A DNA stretch of 20,000 nt from an uncultured virus (IMG/VR IMGVR_UViG_3300027970_000021) (IMGVR_UViG_3300027970_000021:50061-70060), one strand, 5' to 3'; positions 7,094 through 14,573 are shown, numbered from the stretch's first letter. Program-made: numbers and translations. The notes: a model not told the origin generated them from the sequence alone.

Positions 7094-9942
7094 TAGTTTC
7101 CGACCCTCTCGACGTTGAAATAAGTATTTGCAATAACTCCCGAAATTGTGAGTGTGCTTGCCGAGTTGTTTCCAAGGCCGTATAGGAAGATTTCAACGTA
7201 ATCCCCAGCATTCAACTGAAGCGTCGTGCTTCCATTGAACGCGTTGATTGTCGTTGCGGCAGATGTTCTGTACCCAAACAGACGAGCGGACGCTCCGTTT
7301 TTATATAGGTAAAGCCCGTAATCGGATGCGAGCACGTTCGCGGAGGCAAGTAGGACTGCAGCACTTACGCGATACTTACCTGACACCGGGGCCGTGAACC
7401 GACTATTGCCGGAGCTAAACGATCCAGTTGTATCGAAGACTGCGGAAGAGAAGGCCACCTTAACGAAACTATTGTTCGTTGCTACTCCTGTTTGGTTAGC
7501 CCCTCCAAGTGTTGCATCCATCGCGACTGTCTCACTGGCCGCGATCTGCGATGGGCCGGAGATTCGGGAGATGGAGAAGTAGTTGTCAGCAACACCTCCT
7601 CCGACGTTTAATGCTCCACCTGAGTTTTGGAAGACTTGAATCCCTACCGTGTCCCCTGCGTTAAACAAATATTCTGTTGCACCATTCAAAAACGTACCTG
7701 CAGAAGCCGTAGGGCCGAATATGTATGCCAGTGTCCGGATATTGCTTCCGTTTACACGCAGACGAACCTCACGACCGTTGGTCGAGCTTGCGGCAAAAGC
7801 TACTTGAGTCGTAATCCTATACCAGCCAGGGACTGGAATCGTATAGAGACTTGTACCGGTATTCCAAGCCCCGTGCGTGTCGCTGATTGCGGCGTCGAAA
7901 GCTACCAGTGTTCCGGTACTGTCTGGAATCGACTGAGTGGCTGCGCGGCCTGTAGTCATCGCTACGACGCGAGTGTCCGTCTCAGACGACATCTGCACTT
8001 GAGACGACCATCCGGTGATGGGGACGAGGAAAGATCCGCCAAAAACCGTGTTGTTGGCCCAAGCCGTCCCTAACGTGCCATTGAAATAATTATCTGCCTG
8101 TTGGCTAATGATTGCGACCGTTGTTGGAGAACCTGTGGCTACGAGAATATTGCCTGACCATGGGGTTTTAGATGCGGTAAGCGCCCCCACAACAGAGTTG
8201 TTTACGGCTCTAGTTATGTCCATAGAAAGGCCGCTTGGCAGCGAAATAGAAACTGGTGATCCAGAATTTGTTCCAGAAGTAACTGTAAACATGACTTCAA
8301 GAGAATCACCTACGCGCCGATACTTGGCGATAGATGCAGAAACAGTTCCTAGGCCGACAAATGTAGGAGTGTAGCTCTGCCAATCCGTAACAGGCGTTCC
8401 CTGCGTAATAATTTGAGGCCCGACAACAACATCATCAAATGCTAGTGTGTATGCACTAGTGGACACGCTGCTAACATGAAGAATTAAGCGATAGCTGGTG
8501 CTGTTTGAGGCAGTTTGGAAGGTTCCACGCCATTTACTGCCACCAATGAAATTTTCAATAGAACTTGGTGCTGGCTGAATGAGTGTTGCATTTGTAATAT
8601 CATAAATCCAAACAGTCATGTCGCTTGTAGCAAAGGTTCCGGAGACAACTTCGTAATCAAACGAAATGCTTTGTACTTGTGCTTTGTCAATGGAGGCGAT
8701 TGTGAAGTCATAAGAGACGCCTTGTCCTTGACGGTTCGCGGCATCCTTTACAAAATTAAAATCATAAGCTCCGCGAAGAGGCGTTGTGCTCGAAACGTCC
8801 CATGTTACGGTAGCAATGCCTCCAGTCCCATCAACGGGAGCTGTTCCTGGAGCGTTAGTATATGTGGTCCAGCCGGTAGTAAGGCCAGACTCAGCATCGC
8901 CTTCTAGAACATAATTAACTACTTGCGTCTTATCTAAACGATAAGGAGCAGCACTAGAAGCGTCGTTCTTAAAATAAGGGTGTCCATCAGATCCGGGATA
9001 GAAGCTTCCATAACCAGAAGCAACAGTAGGACCAGTGGTAGGAGTTGAAAGTTCTACCATACGAGCGGCGTCTTCTAAACTAATAAGACCCGTTCCGTTA
9101 GCGTTAATGCTAATATTCCCATTAGTATCCGTGCTAGAAATTTCATTACCATCAACGCGAATGTTATCGACATCTAGCTGCGTAATTCCTGACATGGCTC
9201 CGGCATCATTAAGAGCAACGGTACTACTTTGAATAAAGTTACCAGTCGTTCCATCCCAACGAGCAACGCGGTCATCAACAACAACACCAGAAGCCGCAAT
9301 GCCCCCAGAACCACCGACTACGCGCCATCGTGCGGTTGAATCGTCATATTTAAGAATGACAACACCGCCGTTTTTAAGGGAAATAGTCGAACCGTTTCCA
9401 GTAATAATACGGTTGGCGGCAGAAGGATTTGAATCTTCGTTTGGAATACTAATATCACTGCCGCTAGCATTGATGACATAAAGAACTTTATCTCCGGAAG
9501 CTGCAACAATACCGCGCAACGACGTGACAGCGCCGGTAAGGCGAATCGAACCATAAGTAGCGTTTACAAGAGCGTCAACGTTGCCAGTAGAGGCGTCGTT
9601 TTGGTCAGTGACTACAATACCATTACCGTCTAATAGAAGACCGGACGAGATTACCGTTCCAGAACCATTACGAGCAAGGATTTTATTAGCGTCACCAACT
9701 TCAGTTTTAAGTGAAGATAGTGCAAGATCTTGTACGGTGTTGCTGTCTCCGTCAATCGTTTTATTTGTAAGCGTGGCTGCGTGGGCTTCCGTTACAACCG
9801 GACTAGAAGATGTTCCATTATGATAATTAAGCTTTCCATCTCCGCTAGTGACATCCAAATCACCCTGGTCGTCGGCTGTGGAGGCGGATTCTGGACGAAG
9901 GTTTAAACCCTTCCAAATTTTAGTGAAAACATTGGCAGACAT
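7093..9942 (-). CDS. Tail fiber / receptor-binding protein with two tandem C-terminal C1q-like domains (949 aa)
   Basis: Gly/Ser/Thr-rich beta protein with fiber-type motifs TLTNKTID and LDVDNIRVDGNEISSTDTNGNI. C1q-like signatures occur twice: YTIPVPGWY...FNAGDTV and FTAPVSGKY...LNAGDYVEI. Confidence 0.8.
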   Translation of the reverse strand: MSANVFTKIWKGLNLRPESASTADDQGDLDVTSGDGKLNYHNGTSSSPVVTEAHAATLTNKTIDGDSNTVQDLALSSLKTEVGDANKILARNGSGTVISSGLLLDGNGIVVTDQNDASTGNVDALVNATYGSIRLTGAVTSLRGIVAASGDKVLYVINASGSDISIPNEDSNPSAANRIITGNGSTISLKNGGVVILKYDDSTARWRVVGGSGGIAASGVVVDDRVARWDGTTGNFIQSSTVALNDAGAMSGITQLDVDNIRVDGNEISSTDTNGNISINANGTGLISLEDAARMVELSTPTTGPTVASGYGSFYPGSDGHPYFKNDASSAAPYRLDKTQVVNYVLEGDAESGLTTGWTTYTNAPGTAPVDGTGGIATVTWDVSSTTPLRGAYDFNFVKDAANRQGQGVSYDFTIASIDKAQVQSISFDYEVVSGTFATSDMTVWIYDITNATLIQPAPSSIENFIGGSKWRGTFQTASNSTSYRLILHVSSVSTSAYTLAFDDVVVGPQIITQGTPVTDWQSYTPTFVGLGTVSASIAKYRRVGDSLEVMFTVTSGTNSGSPVSISLPSGLSMDITRAVNNSVVGALTASKTPWSGNILVATGSPTTVAIISQQADNYFNGTLGTAWANNTVFGGSFLVPITGWSSQVQMSSETDTRVVAMTTGRAATQSIPDSTGTLVAFDAAISDTHGAWNTGTSLYTIPVPGWYRITTQVAFAASSTNGREVRLRVNGSNIRTLAYIFGPTASAGTFLNGATEYLFNAGDTVGIQVFQNSGGALNVGGGVADNYFSISRISGPSQIAASETVAMDATLGGANQTGVATNNSFVKVAFSSAVFDTTGSFSSGNSRFTAPVSGKYRVSAAVLLASANVLASDYGLYLYKNGASARLFGYRTSAATTINAFNGSTTLQLNAGDYVEIFLYGLGNNSASTLTISGVIANTYFNVERVGN

Positions 9943-9952
9943 TTATACCCCT

Positions 9953-10447
9953 TTAATCTTGTTGAAGGATAGCTTTTGCGCTAAAAGAAATAGTGCCTGT
10001 ATGGTTGATAGTACCAACGGCAGTTGTAGTGAAAGAAACGGCTCCAGCATCGGAAACTGAAAATTCAATATTGGCTCCAGGGGCCGTGGCCATGCGTGTA
10101 ACCGACCATTTAGAGCCTGATGAATTGTCTGGGTCGTAAACGGCAGTAAACTCACCGGCCTCAGATAGGTGGGTAGTTGGTGAGTCCCCTTCACGATAAA
10201 CAGCATAAGTAACAGTGAAGGCCCGAACTAATAGTACCGGGAATTGTAGAGCCGTAATAGGCTGGTCAGTTACAACGTTATAAGCGTCAATATTAAGTAC
10301 CTGAGGAGGAACGTCATAGGGACCAACAATACCAGAAAGGGCCTGTTCGACTGCTTCGGCGAAAGCAATAATAGCCTCAGACCAATTTGGACTTTCCCCA
10401 GAATCCGGGAATGCGATAGGTGTACCTGAAATAGTAATAATTGGCAT
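9953..10447 (-). CDS. Putative virion structural protein (164 aa)
   Basis: Beta-rich ORF immediately upstream of the tail fiber; no SD seen; preceded by the TTAACAACTAA motif. Confidence 0.7.
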   Translation of the reverse strand: MPIITISGTPIAFPDSGESPNWSEAIIAFAEAVEQALSGIVGPYDVPPQVLNIDAYNVVTDQPITALQFPVLLVRAFTVTYAVYREGDSPTTHLSEAGEFTAVYDPDNSSGSKWSVTRMATAPGANIEFSVSDAGAVSFTTTAVGTINHTGTISFSAKAILQQD

Positions 10448-10451
10448 AACA

Positions 10452-10462
10452 TTAGTTGTTAA
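10452..10462 (-). promoter_or_regulatory. Candidate phage late-promoter motif TTAACAACTAA (copy 1)
   Basis: Exact 11-mer also at 15266-15276. Both copies lie on the - strand upstream of structural genes; this one ends 4 nt before the ATG at 10447. Confidence 0.5.
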
Positions 10463-10486
10463 CCGCCAACTATAAAAGTATAGGGC

Positions 10487-11872
10487 CTATAACGTTTTTA
10501 CATATTTAGCCTGACCGGCATCGTATATCTTATAAAGTCCTAACTCTTTAGCGTATTCTTTCTCGGAAAGCCCCCTGGCGTCCATATTAGCCTTACAATA
10601 CAGTCTATTAAAGGTCTTTACCCCATCTGTCCATTTCCACCCAAGAGTGGTCCCAGAGCGTTTAAATGCGTTCTTTTCTAAAGACTCTCCGGTGGCGTAG
10701 CGAAGGTCAACAAATGAGACGATTTCTCCACCAAAAGCCTCTAAAAACTTGCAGAGCTTAGAAAAGCCACCAATAATGGACGTATTAAGTTCATTTGAAT
10801 AACGAACAATCTCAGAGCCCGTTTTTGTTTCTTTAAAAGTCATGACAGAAACGAGTTTATTATCATAGAAAAGACCGAGGGCTCTGGAAGCTGGACCTTT
10901 CCCCATCAAGTGAGTCCTTTCTAGGAATTCTGAGGCTTCTTTAAACTCGATTTCTTGAAGAGAGCATTTTCGAGCAAAGATTCTTGTATTCGATTTCTTG
11001 ATATTACCAATCATGCTTTGAATAATAAGGGGGCGTTCTTTAATCTCGTCTTGTCGAAATTGTAGAAGCCGCAATCCAACATTTTCATAATCAATTCGTT
11101 TATTAATGTGATATTTATTATCTTTCTTGTATAAATCTGAATGGTAAATTAATCCATCAACGTCAATATATGTATCCTCTGATAGTTTAAAGTCCGGCTT
11201 GTATTTCAGATCATCGCAAATCTTTTTATTAAAAGATGGAAGATTTTCTATGGTCTTTTGGAATTGCGTTTCTAGGATTGATTTGTACGATTTATGATTC
11301 TCAATCCAATCTTCTGTGGCTTCAATTCCATGCTCTTTTAAATAACGATAAATAAGACAAACTGGGACATCCTTTTCTTTCGAAATTTCGTGCGCATTTT
11401 TGCCCGAAAACACCGGCCTTGCATTAATTTTGCCCGGATTATTAACTCCGTATTTCTTAAGAAGCCCGGCGCGTGCCTTTTCAGTCTGAACATGCTTCCA
11501 ATCAGCCCCATAACGGGACACATTTGTCTTCTTCACTTTATCACGAAGCTCAGGACTCTTTAAAGCGTTCTCAACACCATAACGCGACAGCATAGTGGAA
11601 CGAAACTTCTCTTTGTATTCCGGAAGTTGGGAATTATTAACTACTCCGTATTTAGAAAGCATCGTTTTGGTGCGGTTTTCGTTTTTCCTATCGGGATGCG
11701 TGCTTTGCGCCGCAATTTGAAGATATTTAAGGGAAGTTTCAAACTCACCGTACAAAATGTCAATGAATTTTTGTTTCTTAGTTTTTGGGGCTGAAAGATC
11801 TGTAGAAGAATGGACAATGACATTCTCGGGAAGCCAATCCCTAGGCTTTGATTTATCAATTTTATTTTTCAT
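10487..11872 (-). CDS. Free-standing Hef-like putative homing endonuclease (KYGV repeats, Vsr-like PD-(D/E)XK nuclease, GNAT-like C-terminal domain; 461 aa)
   Basis: Four (K/R)YG(V/A) repeats; YKPDF...IDVDGLIYHS...YHINK...LLQFRQDE nuclease motif; C-terminal RIFARKC...HLMG...VMTF...RY...GGFSKL...SFVDLRY...IYDAG block. AT-rich, with its own promoter. Confidence 0.75.
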   Translation of the reverse strand: MKNKIDKSKPRDWLPENVIVHSSTDLSAPKTKKQKFIDILYGEFETSLKYLQIAAQSTHPDRKNENRTKTMLSKYGVVNNSQLPEYKEKFRSTMLSRYGVENALKSPELRDKVKKTNVSRYGADWKHVQTEKARAGLLKKYGVNNPGKINARPVFSGKNAHEISKEKDVPVCLIYRYLKEHGIEATEDWIENHKSYKSILETQFQKTIENLPSFNKKICDDLKYKPDFKLSEDTYIDVDGLIYHSDLYKKDNKYHINKRIDYENVGLRLLQFRQDEIKERPLIIQSMIGNIKKSNTRIFARKCSLQEIEFKEASEFLERTHLMGKGPASRALGLFYDNKLVSVMTFKETKTGSEIVRYSNELNTSIIGGFSKLCKFLEAFGGEIVSFVDLRYATGESLEKNAFKRSGTTLGWKWTDGVKTFNRLYCKANMDARGLSEKEYAKELGLYKIYDAGQAKYVKTL

Positions 11873-11878
11873 AATGAA

Positions 11879-11908
11879 ATTATAACACAGAACACACTAT
11901 TCTGTCAA
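11879..11908 (-). promoter_or_regulatory. Consensus sigma70 promoter for the free-standing endonuclease, probably leaderless
   Basis: TTGACA (11908-11903), 18-nt spacer ending in TGT, TATAAT (11884-11879), then 6 nt to the ATG at 11872; no SD. Confidence 0.85.
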
Positions 11909-11923
11909 GCTCCATTTAAAGAC

Positions 11924-11958
11924 AAAAAGAAGGCCCGAGTATTTCTACCCAGGCCTCC
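11924..11958 (-). terminator. Rho-independent terminator of the major capsid gene
   Basis: GGAGGCCTGGGTA-GAAA-TACTCGGGCCTTC hairpin followed by TTTTT, about 20 nt after the capsid stop. Confidence 0.9.
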
Positions 11959-11980
11959 AAATCTAAACAGCTACGGCTGC

Positions 11981-13030
11981 TTATACGGGGTTAACAATTG
12001 CGTAGATGAGCGTGCTCTTACCAGGAGCGGAGCAGAAGAGGGCCTGATCGCTCCAAAGGCGAAGCTCAAATCCGGCGCTCTCAGAGAGATGGCGGAAGAA
12101 CTCGTCTTTTTGGCCGGGAAGAGTGAAGGTCATGTCAGAACTACCGACACGGCTCCAGTCATCGAGGCTTAGGAGGTAAGAGTAGCCTTCTTTGACATAG
12201 ATCGAGGGTTCGATTTCAATGTCACCATTCTGTGAATGGAAGAGGATGCTCTTGCTACCGTTCTCAACTTTAGCAGCGCTGTATGACGAATCATACTTAC
12301 GGAGAGCCGCTTGGTCGGAAAGGAGTGAACTCCAGGTACGGGGGTTGACGTAGCAAATTACTTTGCTGTCAAGGCCCTTTTCTACTGCACGAGCAACGGC
12401 GTTGTTAAGCTTGGGGAAGCTAAGAGCGCCAGAGCTAGCAGAGTATTCGTTACCCTTGAAGAGGTTGTAGGTAGCGGTGTCGATGTTGAACAACGTACCA
12501 GTTGAGGTTAGGATCTTATGTACGCCAGGGAATTCGTTACCGTAAGCGCCTTTGTGCCAGATTACGTCGGTGGCAACTACGCCAGCGGCACCAGCAGAGG
12601 TCTTAAGGGTAACTACGCGAGTGTCCATGTTGACGTTCTTAACAGAGAATTCTCCGCGAGAAACGGCACCAGAGGCATCACGAATTTCGATAGGCATGTT
12701 CTCAGCACCGGCCCAGATACCAGGAGCCCACTCGGCAGTGGTGATCGTGATATCAGCAGCAGAGACGCTAGCAACGGTGGCGTAACCAACTTGACCGTAG
12801 AACATTTCGATCTCTAGCTTTTTGGCTAGTGAACGGAGCATGTTCGCTACAAGATACTTGGTGGCGTCCATGAAGGCTTGAGCCGTACCTTGTGAAGCAC
12901 GCGAAGCGGCAGAATAACCAAGGACAGAACGCATGAGGATAGGGTTCCCACGGATCTGAGCGTCCTTGATTACGCCAGCGACGGCGGGGTTAAGGTTGAA
13001 CGCATCTTCGTCAGAAGCGGCGAAAGTAAC
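11981..13030 (-). CDS. Major capsid protein, exon 3 (349 aa; spliced gene = join of 14639-14574, 13670-13533, 13030-11981; 417 aa)
   Basis: Downstream of portal and scaffold, followed by a strong terminator, and capsid-like in size and sequence (LAKKLEIEMFYG, GVHKIL...LFNID). The ATG at 13033 is the last 3 nt of intron 2. Confidence 0.85.
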   Translation of the reverse strand, partial: VTFAASDEDAFNLNPAVAGVIKDAQIRGNPILMRSVLGYSAASRASQGTAQAFMDATKYLVANMLRSLAKKLEIEMFYGQVGYATVASVSAADITITTAEWAPGIWAGAENMPIEIRDASGAVSRGEFSVKNVNMDTRVVTLKTSAGAAGVVATDVIWHKGAYGNEFPGVHKILTSTGTLFNIDTATYNLFKGNEYSASSGALSFPKLNNAVARAVEKGLDSKVICYVNPRTWSSLLSDQAALRKYDSSYSAAKVENGSKSILFHSQNGDIEIEPSIYVKEGYSYLLSLDDWSRVGSSDMTFTLPGQKDEFFRHLSESAGFELRLWSDQALFCSAPGKSTLIYAIVNPV

Positions 13031-13139
13031 CATTTTGTTATCGTAAGGGCTCTTTATCCCCTACTTCTTATAGTTTCCTATAAGTTCAGACTATCTTTTC
13101 AGAAGCCATGAGCTTCTGTCGGTGACTCGTGGGAATATT

Positions 13140-13460
13140 CTATTCCGCTTTCGCGGGTTCAATTCCTAGTCGTTGCGCGTGTGAAGAACTTTTAAGTCCA
13201 ACACTTCCGCTCTGATTGGCATATTCAGATAGATAGAAAAACTTCCACCCTAAGCTACTTTTTCTCCTGCCTGTATTTTTACAGATTTCCTCAACAGTAA
13301 AGTTTTCTTTTCCATAGCTTCGGATAGCATTAGAAATATGACGATTACGTTTTTCTACACAATGAGAATTAAAGCGACGAGAAACTGAGCCAGTTGTTTG
13401 ACCAACATACTCTTTTCCGTTCACATTATTCTTAATTTTGTAGATTATTCCGTATCTCAT
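13140..13460 (-). pseudogene. Intron-encoded GIY-YIG homing endonuclease, internally deleted (106 aa)
   Basis: GIIY...YVGQT...RR...H motif is present, but after FTVEEI the ORF jumps to CKNTGRRKSSLGWKFFY (NUMOD1/HTH-end-like). The helix with the catalytic Glu and the GYN motif are missing. The 3' end overlaps the intron core. Confidence 0.75.
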
Positions 13461-13466
13461 ATATCT

Positions 13467-13495
13467 ATCCTATCACATCTAACTTAGCTTTCCAA
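13467..13495 (-). promoter_or_regulatory. Possible sigma70 promoter for the GIY-YIG ORF inside intron 2
   Basis: TTGGAA (13495-13490), 17-nt spacer ending in TGA, TAGGAT (13472-13467), then 6 nt to the ATG at 13460. The AGGA could alternatively be an SD. Confidence 0.45.
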
Positions 13496-13532
13496 GTTTT
13501 TTCACCAATTTATTAGCACGGCATTAAACTTT

Positions 13533-13670
13533 ACCGTGCTCCATCCCCAAAATAACTGGCTGATGGTACAAATTGCCAGGCATCTTGGATTTCTCCATGA
13601 ATGCCACGCGATTTACTAGCTTTACGCCATCCGGAATAAGTTCTTTAAGCTTATTCGCATAAGTTTCTTT
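13533..13670 (-). CDS. Major capsid protein, exon 2 (46 aa; not in the ORF track)
   Basis: 138 nt between the two introns reading KETYANKLKELIPDGVKLVNRVAFMEKSKMPGNLYHQPVILGMEHG; in frame with exons 1 and 3 at the predicted splice sites. Confidence 0.88.
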
Positions 13671-14573
13671 CGAACTGTTTGCTCCAATTACTTGGAGTGT
13701 CGGACTATATCATCTGGCTTATTGCCAGCCGCGCGCTGTAAAATTCTGAATTGATAAACTTGCTCAATATATCTAAATTTATGTTGCATACTTTTAAGTC
13801 CAAGAACCGTGTCTCGGATTGTATGCCATATCTTTAAGGAGTCTTTTTCCGTAAAGGCTAGGAATGGATAGGTTTTAGATGTCCTTTTATCATTCATAAA
13901 CCTAACTTTGGGCTTTACTCCAAGCTGTGTTTCAAACCATTTGATTAATACATCATAATCTGAAATAGATTCGCTATATGTAAAGATTCTAAACCTTGCA
14001 CTCTTCGTGGTCTTTACTCCATGGATCATTTGGAATCCACTAGTCTCAACATATCCGTCATCCATAAGCCACACTGCTGCGGCAAACTCCGGATGCTTTA
14101 AAAAAGGAAGGATTTTTATAATCTCCTTTTTTCCATTGGGATATGTAAACTTTCTCCATGCTCTGAGACGCTTCCAACAAACTTGGAATTGTACAGATTT
14201 CCCTTTATGTCCTTGTCTAACTTTAACGTTTCTACCAGTTATGGATGAAACGATTTGAGCTTTCCAGGCAACATAATCGGCTTGGGAAGTTCCGTGGTCA
14301 ATCGAAAGACCGCCATAGACTGATCCCGCATTTTTTATATAGTGCAGACATCCGTCTCCCAAAACCATGGATAGGATAAGACTTCTTTTATCTTTATTAA
14401 GCATTTTATTCTCCAACTCGCTATGCGATCAGGATTATTCTAAATTTTTAGTCTCTGGACCTTGCTCTTCTAGAGAGCCTTGGCTGCTGATTGTCCCGTA
14501 GGATTTCCAGCAATTCACGCAGTTTTACAAGCTTTCGCTTGTCGGGGGTTTACCCGACCTCTTCAAATTAACT
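13671..14573 (-). mobile_element. Group I self-splicing intron 1 in the major capsid gene (903 nt, IA-like)
   Basis: P1: exon CCTCTTT pairs with GAAGAGG, with U-G at the splice site. P3 CTGCGTG/CGCGCGG; P4/P5 AATTGCTGGAAA-TCCTACGGGA-CAATCAGCAGCC; P6a GCTCT/AGAGC; P7 GACTA/TAGTC; P8 CTGGC/GCCAG; P9 CTCCAA-GTAA-TTGGAG; terminal G at 13671. Removal restores NGLF|KETY. Confidence 0.93.
13688..14404 (-). CDS. Intron-encoded double-motif LAGLIDADG homing endonuclease (238 aa)
   Basis: Motifs LILSMVLGDG and AAAVWLMDDG, plus HGTSQADYVAWK (LAGLIDADG_2, I-SceI-like pattern). A GGAG SD precedes the ATG at 14404. The stop lies in the P9 loop of the intron. Confidence 0.88.
   Translation of the reverse strand: MLNKDKRSLILSMVLGDGCLHYIKNAGSVYGGLSIDHGTSQADYVAWKAQIVSSITGRNVKVRQGHKGKSVQFQVCWKRLRAWRKFTYPNGKKEIIKILPFLKHPEFAAAVWLMDDGYVETSGFQMIHGVKTTKSARFRIFTYSESISDYDVLIKWFETQLGVKPKVRFMNDKRTSKTYPFLAFTEKDSLKIWHTIRDTVLGLKSMQHKFRYIEQVYQFRILQRAAGNKPDDIVRHSK

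Larger units (their letters stand above)
13031..13532 (-). mobile_element. Group I self-splicing intron 2 in the major capsid gene (502 nt, IA-like)
   Basis: P1: exon AGCACGGT pairs with GCCGTGCT, with U-G at the splice site. P3 TTGGTGA/TCACCGA; Q-like CCAATCAGAGCGGAAG; P7 GACTA/TAGTC; P8 CAGAAGC/GCTTCTG; P9 CTTATAG-GAAA-CTATAAG; terminal G at 13031. Removal restores the frame MEHG|VTFA. Confidence 0.93.

Noticed and set aside
142..7185. Numerous antisense and alternate-frame ORFs in the GC-rich half (e.g. 1224-1712, 1624-2046, 3651-4094)
   Set aside because: They overlap well-supported genes, have no recognisable motifs, and are expected by chance at this GC content.
7394..10206. Short ORFs opposite or overlapping the tail fiber and 164-aa genes, including 9943-10206
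   Set aside because: They are shadow frames of the real genes with no independent support.
7093..10500. Diversity-generating retroelement or invertible segment acting on the tail fiber
   Set aside because: No reverse transcriptase, recombinase or nucleotide-level repeat pair was seen in the window.
13031..13033. ATG at 13033 as the start of a 350-aa capsid protein
   Set aside because: It has no properly spaced SD, its G is the intron's terminal G, and exons 1-2 with a strong SD supply the N-terminus.
13030..13130. Hairpins in intron 2 as terminators or tRNA
   Set aside because: They lack U-tracts and a cloverleaf, and are explained as P8, P9 and P9.1.
14405..14416. TTG start at 14416 for the LAGLIDADG ORF
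   Set aside because: TTGGAG here supplies the SD for ATG 14404.
13031..14573. Group II intron, intein or frameshift explanation for the broken capsid gene
   Set aside because: There are in-frame stops right after exons 1 and 2, no reverse transcriptase or GTGCG 5' end, and the group I core pairings are complete.
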